From assembly GCF_030028105.1 (NCBI RefSeq), contig NC_092379.1, positions 20,189,309 through 20,253,308 on the forward strand: a stretch of 64,000 bases of DNA. Reading direction: 5' to 3'. The translations under genes were made by a program, and so were the position numbers. Every line of letters begins with the position of its first letter. The stretch's first letter is position 1. The notes beneath the pieces are model-generated. The model was not told the DNA's origin, did not search any database, and worked only from the letters and a program-made list of their open reading frames with translations. The stretch comes from Mobula birostris (lineage: Eukaryota). This document shows, piece after piece, positions 1-12,959 of this stretch.

Positions 1-304
1 TGTGACAGCAACTCCCACACTGCAGTCTCTGGCACAGTGGAGGACAACTGTACTCAGGACATTGGGAATGCTCCTGCCTGTATGACATGCACCATCTGCA
101 CTTGGAAACAGATGTCTGCTCCTACATTGTCATTTCACCCACCTCATAGACACCAATAGTGATGTGAGCCCCACCCTTAACCAACTAACAGTCTGGGTGT
201 GCAAGTACATTATCACTGACAACAATCTGGAGTATTAGCATTATTCCTGTATCACTGACAGCCACAGGGATGTGAGAATTATACTCATGACACAGTATAT
301 AGTA

Positions 305-1030
305 TTCACACCATCTCTACCGCAAGAACAGCCAAAATGTACATGTAGCCACCCTCAGGGTCGCTCGGCTCGCTGTCGTCTAGGGAAACAGCCTCGGCCC
401 CGCCAAACTGGGTAATTCGTTCGTGTGGATGCTGTGTGAGGTACCCCATCCCGCCCAAATAACAGACAATACACCAGATGCAATTAAATGATTTACAGTT
501 TATAGATATTACTGGAACTATATAATCAAAAGAGAATGAAATATAAAAGGAAAATAAAAGGCGCCACACTTATCAAAGTTCAATCTCTTCGTGCACAAAA
601 ACCGTTGGAGCTCAAGGACCTTCTTCTTCAACCTGTGACCCCTCGGACCACCTCGACTTGCCGCCTGGGACCAACAACGGTGGTCGACCAGACGCTCCAC
701 ACGAGTCCGTCTCCGTCTCCTCGCCGAACGTCCCGCTTGGGGTCCGACCCCGTTAGCGGACTCACAGCACCTGGTCCATCCTCTGTCTCGCTCTCCCGCC
801 TTCTGCCCCAAAACCCCGCGCATACAGTATCCTCAAATACACCAAAACCATAACAACTATCCCAATTGGTTAATAGCACCCTCTTATCACCCTCTAAACC
901 ACAATAAGCTGCTAGCGCAAACTTTCTCAGCGTTAAAGCACAACAAAGCCGCATTCCCCAGATTAACATAACAAAAACGCCATTTTAATTAGCCTCCGCA
1001 GTAACATAAAAATCGAAACCCCCTTACATA
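305..1030. repeat. Probable LTR-like interspersed repeat (loosely similar to 9420-9890)
   Basis: Non-coding block sharing the motif GAAAATAAAA...GTGCA...GTTGGAGCTCA with 9550-9612; no protein homology recognised. Confidence 0.3.
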
Positions 1031-2399
1031 CAGATAACCTGCTGATGACATCATCTCATTTGTTAGTAATCCCTTTACAGCTCAAATAATCAGGATGTAA
1101 GAGGGAAGGAAACAATGATGCCTATTCATATATGAAACTGATACTGCCAAAAGAATGGTGAGAGATGTTAAAAGGTAACATTTGTGTGCTTTGAGACTTC
1201 TTCCAGTGGTCTAATTGAATCTCAATGTGAGAATTCTGGGAGACCTCCAGCCCCCCGGATGTTGGTGAATTTAGAGGCTGTAGAATGAGTGAGATTGACA
1301 AAAGAATTGGAGTCACATCAGGAAGGAATGATTTGTGCAGTGAGAAGCTTGTGTCTAGAAATCAGTGGTGTGCATGGTAGAGGAAGCTGATCCAATTGGG
1401 ACATTCAAAATGGAATAGAGTAGACAGGGAGACATAATGGTTTGCTCTTGAATACAGCCATCATAAACTTAATGGGCAAATTGACTTGCTTCCACAGTGT
1501 TCTATCTGTGATTCTCTGTGATAAAGCTGTCTGTCCAGCTGCCATCACCCGCTATCACTCCAACACCCTTAATGTTCTTTGCCGCAACAATAATGATATC
1601 TGTCAGGTGCCAGCACTTGGATCAAATGTTGTCATGAGGTCTTTCACTTGACTCTCCCAGTGTAGTTTGTTGATGGTGAGGAGTCCATATTCTTTGCATT
1701 TCACCAGGAACAGTTCTCTTGAAGACACGAGAGAGTGTAGATGCAAGAATCTGGAGGAAAACTCAAACTGCCAGATGAGATCAACAGGTCATACAACATC
1801 TGTGAACAGAAAGGAAGGGACAACATTTTAACTGGACACTCTGCATCAGGACAGACACTGTGTTCTTGTCCCACATCATTCCACTGAAGTTGGCTTTACT
1901 TCTTACATGTCCATCGCACATTTCTGAAGGTTTTTGTCCTTTCTACTTCTCACATTAAAATAAAAATAAATAAATTGTTTCTTATTTGAATTCTGACTGG
2001 GATTTGCTCCAGTTTCAGAAGAAATCTTTTCTGACCCCAAGTGGAAGAAAATTTTGAACATACGGTTAAGAGCTGTATGTTGCTAAGGCTCTGTGACCTT
2101 GTGGACATGCCATGTTTTCCAATTAAGTTCCAAGTCTGCATAACCAGGATTATCATGCCGCCCAAAAGCCTTCATAAGAGGGATAGCTGCACAAGATAGG
2201 GGTTGATGGATGAGGCACAAATCAACATTTGTCTTGCTAATGGTGGTGGGGTGAGCAGTGTTGGTTCCACTCACTTATCTGCTACTAGATATAAAGATAA
2301 GCTGATTCCTCATAACTCAGAGTTCCACACGTGGACTCTCCATGATATCTTTCTTTTAAAAAAATAAGCTTTCACTTGAAGTCTGGTATTAATCTTTAT

Positions 2400-2990
2400 T
2401 TTTAAAGTTCCCTGACATTCGTGTCGTGTAGCAGAATCCCTACACAACAGGTTCGATCACCGGAGTATCCGAGCAACACAAAATTACCAAAATTACCGCC
2501 CCCGCCCCCCCCCCCCACCGCCACTGATGCGTGATCCGCTATGAGCCCCTCTGATCTTGGCCCGTGATCGGGTAGGAAAGATGGGATCGGCAAGATCAAG
2601 TAAGAAAAACCGCAGCATCTCGTAAATTTAAAGACTGACTTTATTTTTTGCTGGACCGGGTAAGTACATTGAAGGAGGATAGGAAGAGTAATAGTAAAAT
2701 TGATGAGGAATGTGGAGAGAGGGAGGGAGAGAGAGTTCCCGATAAAGATAAAGAAGATAATGGGAAAGAAGCACCAGAAGGCTGTACGAGTGAAGAAATC
2801 TCTGGGAGATTTATCCCCTGCTGATACGGTATGTTTGGAAATTAGAGATAGCAGGTATGCGATTCCTTTTACTAGCGATATGTGGTTGGCCAAGTGACCA
2901 GTGGCCTTATGGGGGAGAGGTTTTTGATTTAAAGAAAAATGGATATTTTAAACAAGAGACTGGTAGCAGAGACAGATCCTACATGGGATT
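2400..2990 (+). mobile_element. Endogenous retrovirus relic: leader and gag N-terminus (matrix-like)
   Basis: MGKKHQK... start near 2760 and, after a frameshift, DQWPYGGEVFDLKKMDI, resembling the WPxxGxFDL matrix motif of gamma/epsilon-like ERV Gag. Confidence 0.4.
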
Positions 2991-3024
2991 ATGGTTATAT
3001 GACAACGTTTGACTTCCATGTTTT

Positions 3025-3165
3025 TTCTCCAATCCTGATTATAGGTCTTGGCCCGAAACATCGACTGCGTACTCTTTTCTATAGATTTTGCCTAGCCTGC
3101 TGAGTTCCTCCAGAATTTTGTGTAGGTTTCTTGGATTTACAGCATCTGCCAATTTTCTGTTGCTT
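3025..3165 (+). mobile_element. Penelope-type terminal-repeat fragment with degenerate hammerhead-ribozyme core
   Basis: CAATC-CTGATTA-TAGGTCTTGGCCC-GAAAC-ATC-GACTG followed by ...CCTGCTGAGTTCCTCCAG...CAGCATCTGC, the same repeat family as 61886-62016. Confidence 0.6.
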
Positions 3166-3169
3166 CCTG

Positions 3170-3811
3170 CACTCAGTACATTGATTTATGAAGGCCAATG
3201 TGCCAAAAGCTTTATTTACAACCCTATTTACCTATGAACCCACTTTCAACAAATTATGGACCTGTATTTTCAGATCCCTTTGTTCTATCACACTTCTCAG
3301 TGTCCTACTGTTCACTCTGCAAAACGTTGCACTTGTCTGTATTAAATTCCATCTGCCATTTTCAGCTCATTTTTCCAGCTGATGCTGATCCCCCTGGAAT
3401 CCATGATAGCCTTCCTTGCTGTCCACCACAACCTCAAACTTGGTATCATCTGCAAATTTGCTGATCCAGTTAAGCATATTATCATCCAGATCATTGATAA
3501 AAATGAGAAGCAACAAAGGACACAGTACTACTGGTCACAGGCATCCAGCCAAAGGCAATCATCTACTATCCCTCTCTTGCTTCTCCCACAAAGCCAATGT
3601 CTAATCCAATTTACTACACCATCCTGAATATCGAGCGATTGAACCTTCTTGACCAACCTACCATGTAGAACTTTGTCAATTGTCTTGTTAAAGTCTATGT
3701 AGACAATATCCACTGCCTTGCCTTCATCCACTTTCCTGACAACTTCCTCGAAAAGCTCTGTGAGATTGGTTTGACATGATGTGCTACATACAAGGCCCTC
3801 TGACTAACCTT
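3170..3811 (-). mobile_element. CR1 LINE RT fragment (continues at 7408-8560 beyond the BovB insertion)
   Basis: ORF 3528-3731: DEGKAVDIVYIDFNKTIDKVLHGRLV (CR1 RT); FADDTK-region remnants. Confidence 0.85.
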
Positions 3812-3835
3812 GTTGTTGTTGTTGTTGTTGTTGTT
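3810..3835. repeat. (TTG)n microsatellite = 3' tail of the BovB element
   Basis: About 8 TTG units directly adjoining the element 3' end. Confidence 0.9.
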
Positions 3836-6800
3836 CGTCCTTCGTAGTCGAAGATGACCATGGCTTCAAAGTCAAATGGGAGATTGGTGGCTGTGGGTCC
3901 GGAGGTAACTGATGAGGCCAATCCGGGCCCTGAAGGCTCGCCCACATGTGGGACACAAGTGGGTGAGTGCTGTCGTGGCAGTGGATGCTGCTCGGGCCTT
4001 GCGCACAGCGCGCTTTCGTTGCGCCTCGATGATGCGCCTGACTTCAGCTGCATGGGCTCCTGCGGTGATCTTGCTGCGCCAAGCTGGACGGTCGAGGGCA
4101 AGCGTCTCCCACATGTTGATGTCGACACCCAGGCCTTTGAGGGACGCTTTGAGGCAGTCTTCGTAACGTTTCTTCTGCCCCTCGACTGAGCGCTTGCCCT
4201 GACACAGTTATCCGCACAGCAGCTGCTTAGGCAATCGGCTGTCTGGCATTCTGACCACATGTCCAGCCCACCTTGCTTGGGCTTTCAGCAGGAGGGTGTA
4301 GACGCTGCAGAGCCCAGCTCGTTCCAGGATTTCCGTGTCGGGGACTTTGTCCTGCCATCTGATGTGGAGCAGTCTGCGGAGACAGCTCAGGTGAAAGTTC
4401 TTGAGCTGTTTGGCGTGTCTGCTGTAGACAGTCCAGGTCTCGCTGGCGTAAAGGAAGGTGGTAAGGACCACTGCACAGTAGACCTTCAGCTTGGTGGTAA
4501 GGCTGAGTCCTCTCCGCTCCCAGACGTTCTCACGGAGTCTCCCAAAGGCGGCGCTGGCTTTGGCAATCCTGTTGTTGACCTCAGCGTCTATGTTCACTGC
4601 GCGAGAGAGTATGCTGCCCAGGTAGGTGAAGTTGTCGACTGCCTGGAGGTTCTGGCCCTTCACCGTGATGCGTGGCTCCTGGTATGGCTTTCCTGGGGCA
4701 GGCTGGTACATAACTTCGGTCTTTTTGGTGCTGATAGTGAGACCGAAGTTGTCGCAGGCTTGTGAGAAGCAGTCCATTTCACGCTGCATCTCCTGCTCTG
4801 TGCTGGCGTTGAGTGCGCAGTCAACAGCAAACAATAAGTCTTCGATGACAGTCTCTCGCACCTTTCTAACTGCCTGCAGGCGCCTAAGGTTGAACAACCT
4901 GCCGTCAGTCCTGTACCTGACGCGGATTCTTTCTTCGTAGTTACGGAAGGCATCTGTCAGCATGGCAGAGAATACCATACTGAACAGAGTCGGGGCAAGA
5001 ACGCAGCCTTGTTTGACGCCATTTGTCACTGGGAAGGCCTCCGACTCGTCGCCGTCATCCAGAACTTTCACCATCATACCGTCTTGGAACTGCCGGACGA
5101 TTGTGATGAACTTGCTGGAGCAGCCAAACTTCTCCATGATCTTCCACAAGCCTTCTCTGCTGACCGTACCGAAAGCCTTGGTTAGATCGACAAAGGTCAC
5201 AAAGAGGTCGCTGTGTTGCTCCTGGCATTTTTCCCGGAGTTGGCGCGCAGCAAAAATCATGTCCGCGGTCCCACGTTCAGCACGGAAGCCGCACTGGCTT
5301 TCTGGGAGCAGACCTTGCTCAAGATGTTGGAGAAGGCGGTTGAGCAGGACGCGGGCCAGAATCTTCCCCGCAATGGACAAGAGGGAGATGCCTCGGTGGT
5401 TGTCGCAAGACTGGCGGTTGCCTTTCCTCTTGTAGATGTGGACTATGCTGGCATCTTTCAGCTGTTGCGGGACCTGTCCCTTTTTCCACATGGACTGGAA
5501 GAGTACAGTCAGCTTTTGCATTATGACAGGGCCTCCTGCTTTGTATACCTCAGTAGGGATTGCATCGGGTCCTGGCGCTTTGCCACAGGAGAGTTGCTTC
5601 ACTGCCTTCCTGACTTCATCTACTGTGGGGAGGGTGTCGAGGTTCTTGTTGATCTCTACCTGGGGCAGGCGGGCAATGGCCTCATCGTTGATGTCGGCAA
5701 GACGGTTAAGCACGTTGTTAATGTGCTCAGCCCATCGATCCAGAATCTGCTTCTTCTCTGTCAGCAGCTGCGTCTCATCTTAGTTGAGGAGAGGTGAGGA
5801 GCCGGAGGGCTGGGGTCCGTATACAGCCTTAAGCGCATCGTAGAAGCGCTTTATGTCGTGGCTGTCTGCATAGCCCTGGATTTCATCCGCCTTCTTGCTG
5901 AACCAGCTGTCCTGCATCTCGCGAAGTTTTTTCTGCACCTTTCTTCTTGCGTTGGTAAAGGCATCTTTCTTGGCTAGCGACGTGGGGTCGTTCTGATGCG
6001 CTCTGTAATGTTGATGTTTCTCCGTTAGTAGTGCCTGTATTTCTTCATCATTCTCATCGAACCAGTCTTGGTTTCTTCGGGATGCTGGTCCGAGATGTTC
6101 GAGGGCGGTAGTGTAGACAGCGTCTCTGAAGGCCGTCCACTTTTCCTCAACGCTGGTCCCGTCTTCCTGTGGTGTGTCTGGCAGTCTGCCTTCAAGGTCA
6201 TCGACAAGTTCTTCTGCAACCCTGCTGCTTTTCAGCTTGGAGACATTCAGCCTCTTTGCAGTCTTCTGCCCTTGTGGTCTTCTCATGGGCAGAATGCGAA
6301 GCCTGAACTTGGACACGATGAGGCGGTGGTCGGTCCAGCAGTCGGCACCACACATGGCTCTCGTCACTTTGACATCCATCCTGTCCCTCTTCCTGGTGAT
6401 GATGTAGTCAATCAGATGCCAGTGCTTCGAGCGTGGGTGCATCCATGACGTCTTCTTACGGGTGGGTAAGCGGAACAGGGTGTTGGTGATGACAAGGTCG
6501 TGTGTGGCACATGTCTTGAGGAGCAGAAGGCCGTTGCTGTTACACTTGCCAGTGCCGTGTCTTCCAATGATCCCTTCCCAGGTTTGGTCATCTGGGTTGG
6601 TCATGGTGGGAGCGTAGGCACTAATCAGCGTAGCACTCTTGTTTGCAAGTGGGAGCTGAAGTGTCATCAGGCGGTCATTGATGCACTCTGGGTGCTTGGT
6701 GAGTTTACGGGCGAGGTTAGAATTGATGGCAAATCCCACGCCTGCTTCTCGTCGTTCAGCGCTGCTGCGACCGCTCCAGAAGAACGTGCATCCACCACTA

Positions 6801-7407
6801 CGTTCTGTCAGCTGGCCCTTGTCTGCTAGGCGCGTTTCGCTGAGAGCTGCTATGTCCACGTTGTAGCGAGCTAGCTCTTTTGCAACCAGTGCAGTTCTTC
6901 TCTCTGGTCTGTCTGCCTTGATGTTATCTCGCAGAGTTCTCACGTTCCATGTGCCAAGGTTGAGCACCATCACTTTCTTCCGCGTTGGGTTTGAAGTCAT
7001 GACTTGCGCTTGACTTGGATTAAAGTGAGGGAGAGTTGCGCAGGTCGTCAACCTCACTCTCTCGTCCCGGCCTATCTGGACCCAGTGGCAAGACATAGTC
7101 GAGATGGCTGGAGATAGGTCAGGATGCAGTGGATGGCCAGCAGTGTTCTGTGTGTCTCACTGTGCCCTCTTAGTGCTCCAAGACGCATTGCTGAGAATCA
7201 CCTTTCCCTCCGTTGAACCAGTGATGGTTTCTTCCGCGCAGTCCGCCGAATCCAGGCTTCACACGCTAGGTAGACAAGCCCTGAGTGTTGTGGGTCTACG
7301 GCAGTTCTTGCGGCGTGCTCGCAAGCTTCCCTACCCATTGTTGGGCATCCTCATCCGCCTTTGCAGCCGTTGGGAGATGTCTCCTCTTCCACCTGCTCTG
7401 CCGTTGG
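3812..7407 (-). mobile_element. Near full-length RTE-BovB-like LINE (APE endonuclease + RT + C-terminal CCHC-like motif), inactivated
   Basis: 5780-7096 APE (NLGTWNVRTL, DIAALSETR, HWHLIDYI, DCWTDH); 4208-5713 RT (KAPGPD, FVDLTKAF, GVKQGCVLAP, LLFAVD); 3872-4114 CPTCGRAFRARIGLISYLRTH; (CAA)n tail at 3810-3835; imperfect 10-bp TSD GACTAACCTT (3802) / GACTAAGCTT (7408); two in-frame TAA stops (~5780, ~4208) and an EN deletion near 6589. Confidence 0.93.
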
Positions 7408-8560
7408 GACTAAGCTTAATCAGTCTATCTCTATCCAAATACATATACATATATATCTGGTCCCTCAGAATACCTGCCTGTAATTTTCCCACAAATGATG
7501 TCAGACACACAGGCCTATAATTTCATGGTTTCTGTTTAGAGCCATTTTAAAACAGCAAAACACCACTGGCTATCCTCCAATCCTCGGGTACCTCTCCTAT
7601 CTCTTCTTGGTCCCCAGCAATTTCTGCACTTGGTCCCGTAGGATCTGAGGGGACATGTTATCAGACCCAGGGATCTATCCACCCTGATTTGTCTCAGGGT
7701 TGCTAGCAAACTCTTCACATTAACCTGTACAGGGTCCGTGAAGTTGATGCCACTTTGCCTCACTTCTATAGATTCTGTGTCCATCTCCTGAGTAAATACA
7801 AATGCAAAAAAAAAAAAAAAATTAAGATCTCCCCCATCAGTTGTGGCTGCTCACATGGATTATAATTCTGATCTTCCAGAGAACCAATTTTGTCCATTGC
7901 AATTCTTTTGCTCTTAACATTTCTGTAGAATCACTGAGGATTCTGTCTGGCCTTCTCTGCCAGAACAACTTCATGCCTTCTTTTAGCCCTCCTGCTTTCT
8001 TTCCAAAGTGCTCTCTTGCATTTCTTATACTCCATAAACACCTCCTTTGTTCCTACCTGCCTATACATGCTGTGCACCTTTTTTTTCTCTTAATCTGGGC
8101 CTCATAGCTCTTGAAAACCAAGGTTCCCTACACTTTGTTATCTTCACCTTTTATTATGACAAGCACATACAAGCGTTGTACTCTCAAAATTTCACTTTTG
8201 GAGGCTTCCCACTTACCAAGGACAGCTCTGACAGAAAACAGCCTGTCCCGATCCACAATTGCCAGATTGGCTTTTCCCCAATTTAGAATCTCAATCCATG
8301 GACAAGACCTATATTTTTGTCTATTTATGTTGAAACTAATAGCATTGCGGTCACTGGATGCAAAGTGTTCCCCAACACAAACTTCTGTCACTTGCTTTGT
8401 CTCATTCCCTAATGGCAAAACTAGTATTGCACACTTTCTCAATGGGGCTTCTACGTACTGAAAAAGGAAACTTTCCTGAACACATTTGAAAATCTGTATT
8501 CCATCTAGTCTTACTGTAGACATTGGAATCCTAAATATCAAACAATGGATGCTCCTCTTC
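7408..8560 (-). mobile_element. CR1 LINE ORF2 fragments (EN to RT)
   Basis: ORF 8128-8565: KCVQESFLFQYVEAP...VTEVCVGEHFASSDRNAISF; GNYRPVSL-like remnant near 7500. Confidence 0.8.
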
Positions 8561-8589
8561 GACAACCTCCTTACCCAGCATGTCTGCTG

Positions 8590-10100
8590 AAATACAATGC
8601 ATACAGGAAATGAACACAGCCTTTAATGCTCTTAAAACAGCTTTGTCCGCTGCCCCAGCCTTGGGCATACCTGACTCTTCAGCTCCTTATTAATGATGGC
8701 AAGGGTTTGTGAGCGGCATTTAAAACAACATGGGGGCCTCAGATGACCCATTGCATATTGTACTGTATGTAACCCTGAGATTTGGCCAGCATACCTTTGT
8801 CCAGGGCAGGACAGCCTCTGGCCCAGCCAAACTGCGAAATCTCATTTGTGTGGATGCTGCGTGATGTGTTGCCCAGTTACAAATCTGAACCGCAAAATAT
8901 CAGTCAGTTGGTTAGTTGTTCATCCATCGTTGACGTCAATGAGGACCTCGACACCATTATGATGGAGTCGAGACTAGCGCGTGATTTGGATTTAAGTGAG
9001 GGAGAGTTGTGCAGTGTCAGCCTCACTCTCTCTTCCCAATTCCCATCTGGATCCAGTGGCAAGACAGAGTCTAGACGGCTGGAGATGGGACTAGGCGCAG
9101 TGGATGACCAGGACGTCTTTTGTGTCTTGTCCTGCTCTACATGTTCCACGACGCTTGCAGAGACCGCCTTCTTGACTGTTGGACCTTCCACTGGTCTCGT
9201 CCGCTCAATCCGCCGGAGTCTGTCTTCACATGCTGGGATAGACAACTCCCTATCACACCGAGGGTTTGAGACCCGTCGGCTACCCTCATCTGGTTTAGCC
9301 GGCTTGTCGAAGCCATTGCCCGGGGTGTGGCCGCTGTCGCATGCAAACAGCTACGGGGAGCCACAGGTGAGAGCTGAGTGCCAGGTGGGGACCAAAGGTG
9401 GACTAACCGCCCTGAAAAGGACGCGACATGTTCCCCTATCAGAGGTGCTACCCCTCCCTAACATCCCATACACCCCAGACATCAGTCAGTACACTGTATG
9501 CAATAAACAATTGAACATTATAAATCTTAATCTGACTATAGGGTTAGTAAAGAAAATAAAAAGAAAAGGGGCCTATTTTAAGGAAACAGTCTAAAGTGCA
9601 TGTTGGAGCTCATGGAATCATGCATTCGACCCCCATCAAGCCCTCCGAGTGTCACTGACCGTCAGACCCTCGCTTCGAGTCCAGTCCGTCCGATGGACTA
9701 CCAACTCTCTTCATTCACGTTTTCTCTCTTCATCTCTTGCCAACAAAAGACCGCGAAATCCCTGCTCTCTGACCCACAAAAAAGAACAATATGCCTCTCA
9801 TTGGCTAGCATACATTCCAAAGCCGCTGTTATCTCTAGTCATAACCCAAACATCGCTGCTACAGTGAAACTATTACCTCAGTAGTGAAACATTGCAGATA
9901 GACCATTACATTAGCAGTGAAGCCTTACAGTGCGTACATGTACAATTACCATTAGTTGTAAGAGGCATGCCTGGTTGTTTAAGGTCTGTTGCCACCACTG
10001 CAGTTGTGGAAGAGAAGTCCAATCTGATAGTATTGGATTACCCTTGTACAGTTTTGGCTTCCCATGCAGTTTTGCGACTTAAATTCAGCAGCCACGAAGC
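8590..10100 (+). mobile_element. ERV pol relic (RT connection/tether), split by later insertions at ~8905-9890
   Basis: ~8610-8760 AFNALKTALSAAPALGIPD...QHGG..PIAY; ORF 9892-10122 LPLVVRGMPGCLRSVATTAVVEEKSNLIVLDYPCTVLASHAV, resembling LDPVARGxPxCLRAVAA of gamma/epsilon-like ERVs. Confidence 0.7.
8905..9410 (-). mobile_element. Short internally deleted RTE/BovB derivative (5' region fused to ~60-bp 3' end)
   Basis: 8965-9130 aligns with BovB 5' region 7005-7160 (GGATT.AAGTGAGGGAGAGTTG.GCAG...CCAGTGGCAAGACA); 8907-8950 aligns with the BovB 3' end and tail (GTTGTTC.TCC.TCGT.G.CG). Confidence 0.7.
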
Positions 10101-11700
10101 ATTTTACAGCAGTAAGGTGTAAAGGTTATGTGGTCATGTTACTCTCTAAACCCAATCTTTCCTTCCCCATGCCACTGCACTAAACCCCGCTTCTTTTCTT
10201 CCATTAACTAAGCCTGAGGATAACGCACTTTTACAGGATTGTGTGACGATAGTGGAAGCCACCATATTTCTTCGTCTTGACCTGCACAGTATTCCTCTTG
10301 ATAACTCAGACATAATTCTGTTCACTGACAGATCTTCCATTCTCCCATCAAATTCCGCCCTCAATTGTTGAGGAGCCATCAGTGTAGAGAACCAGATCTG
10401 GGTTCAACAGAGGCACTTCTTAATAATAATTTGCATCTTCTTGGCATGTTATTGTTCTTGCACAGTCATGGTCATCGACAGTGTAGCTAAGTCATCTGAT
10501 GTTTGCTCTGCCACTGCAAATGACAGCTGTTGGGCTGGGCCTAGTCATTTTTGTAACTTTGACAAAATACCTGTTGCATCTGCAATTGTAGCCTGAAGAT
10601 GTGCTGTCCAATCAATGTTTTCCTTCCCTTGTGAGGTCAGGGTTGAGCTTGCTGTCGAGGTCGTTTTTGTCTTTGTAGAGAAGTTTATTTCTTATGGCAA
10701 CAGGATCTGGTTCTTTGATCTCTTCTGCCATATGACTTGCATATCAAATTCTATTTGTTCTGTTGGTTAGCAGGTGGAGACTGTTGATCCATCTGTATCG
10801 ATCTTATTCCGGTGTCAATATCCCACTCCACTTGTTTATCAGTTTGTACCAGTTCACTGTAGAAAACAGCAGTTTCACTCCAATTTGCTTTTTTTAGCTT
10901 CACCATATTGGCAACATCTGGTTTCAAAACATCCTCGAAAATCGACTTGAGAGGGCCATATATAGCGCCTTCGAAATTATCTGCGTATTTTCCTGGGTCT
11001 CCTGAGTAACTGAGCCAAATTGTCCTATGGCAGTCTTTATATTCAGGAACAGCCTCTGAGGCTTTTGTTTGCAATTAACCACTTTCTTCCAGTCAATCTG
11101 GTTTGGGGCTTGCCCTCCAACCACGCCTTAATTGCTTCCCAACCAGCAGGTAAATTCTGCTTCTCCTTTCGTATATGATCTTCAACTCACCGTGTCAAAT
11201 GGTTTATTTGCCGAGTTATCAGCATGGTAACTAAAATTTGAATACCCACATATGGATGCAATTTGTATACATTCTTATTCATTGAAGTTCAGCCCAACAA
11301 CTTCCCTGCATCATTCATCATTTTTTCTGGATCTAGTGGCTGATGAAAAATCTCCTGTTTCCTTTCATACTCTCCATCATCAGTCTTGTGTGCTTTCCCT
11401 CTCTTAGTTTTTACTGGGACAAGTCCTGCCATGACTGCCAGACCAATTACCTCATTACTGTCATCATCACTTAAGCCACTAGAGGTATCTGTTGGAGTCA
11501 GTATCACTTTGCGGTTCCTTGGAGTTCTCGAGGTGCTGCTGTTTCTGTACTGGCTGCCTTTCAGCAAGATTGACATCGTTGTTAACACCGCCCACTGGGA
11601 TAAACATCTCATTTTCCACAGCTAACCCAAACCCAAAAGAGGTTTCTAAACCAAGAAGAGGTTTTCCTTCCAGATGACCCTTCTATAATGTGTTCCTGTT
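10100..11700 (-). mobile_element. ERV gag(-pro) relic
   Basis: ORFs 11289-11612 (PVKTKRGK...IFHQPLDPEKM) and 10751-11074 (EAVPEYKDCHRTIWLSYSG) look like degraded fish/amphibian ERV Gag; 10146-10379 possibly protease. Confidence 0.5.
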
Positions 11701-11984
11701 ACCTTGTTCCTTCAGCTGACTTTCTCCTGAAACCCTCACTAGGATGGCGATATCAACGTCCGTGTTCGAGACTAAAACAACACTGGGGCACCCATATCTT
11801 TCACTGTTGGAGATTCCCAGGGTTTTCACATTCCAATGACTCAACTTCACTTCATCAAGTCACGTCAAGTGTATTGTCGTTTAACTATATACATGTAGTT
11901 AACGTATATAATCAAATAATGTATATTGAATCGGGACAACTTTTCTCCGTACCAGGGTGTAAATCACAGTAGTGCACATAACAC

Positions 11985-12790
11985 GCGATGATTTATGAAG
12001 GTAAGGAGAAAATCTGCAGATGAATCACACATAAACAACAAACTAAAGTGCATTAATATTAAATATTGTACTGGAACAGATTAACCAGTGACACTTCGAA
12101 TTCGATGCGGCAGGGAGTTCAGAAGCCGAATAGCCTTGGGGAAGAAACTGTTTCAGATCCTGACCATTCTTGTTTTTCTGCATTGTCGCCTCCTTCCTGA
12201 TGGTAGAAAGTCAAAGAGGATGCTGGATGGATGAGTGGGATCCCTAATACTACTTAGGGCTCTGTGTATGCAGAACTTCTGATAAATTCCCCCGATGGAT
12301 GGTCGGGAGACCCCTTTCATCCTCTGGATGTTTTCATCTCTGAATCAACTTTGACGCCGACTTTGTTTGTACCTCGTGATTTGTTACTCAATTAATATCA
12401 CTGTGTGCACAGTACTGGGTATGCAATTGGGACCCTGCTCCAGCGCCTTGACACATGGCTTCTGATTTACTGACAGCCGAATGCGTTTCATGATGGTGAC
12501 ATCCTCAGTACACTTCTGTATGTAGCTGGTCACAGAATCCACATATTCCTTGATGTTATCATGATTGCAATTGGTAGATTGCACCTTCAGACCAGGTTTT
12601 CACCACCTTTAGAACTGGTTTGCCCCGTTTGTATGCTGCAATTAGTATTAGTATAAGAGTCAATGTGGCGTCGAGGCACTGCGTTATGAGCAACTGGCAT
12701 GTTAGTATAAACCAGGTCAAGTGTACTTTCACATCTGGAAGCAAAATCAACATGTTGGTGGAACTCAGGCGAGATTGTTTTTAGGTTGGC
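11985..12790 (-). mobile_element. Rex1/Babar LINE fragments
   Basis: ORF 12384-12584 EYVDSVTSYIQKCTEDVT...NQKP; 3' region with GGAAGAAACTGTT...CCTCCTTCCTGATGG typical of this family. Confidence 0.7.
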
Positions 12791-12959
12791 ATGGTTAATA
12801 CCGCGGGTTGTTTGATGGCGGGGTGCCTCACCGACATGACAAAGGAGTGGACTGGAAAATATACACAGCTACTCATGACGTCTTTATCAACAACGTTGAG
12901 GAATTATTGCAGTTGTTCCGGTAAATCAACTGGAAAGTCTGTGGATATCAGAACTACTG

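Noticed and set aside
4259-6866. Many plus-strand ORFs (up to 194 aa) over the BovB element
   Set aside because: Antisense shadows of a GC-rich RT/EN reading frame; no independent motifs
8782-9594. 270-aa plus-strand ORF
   Set aside because: Runs antisense through the RTE derivative and across element boundaries; no recognisable domain
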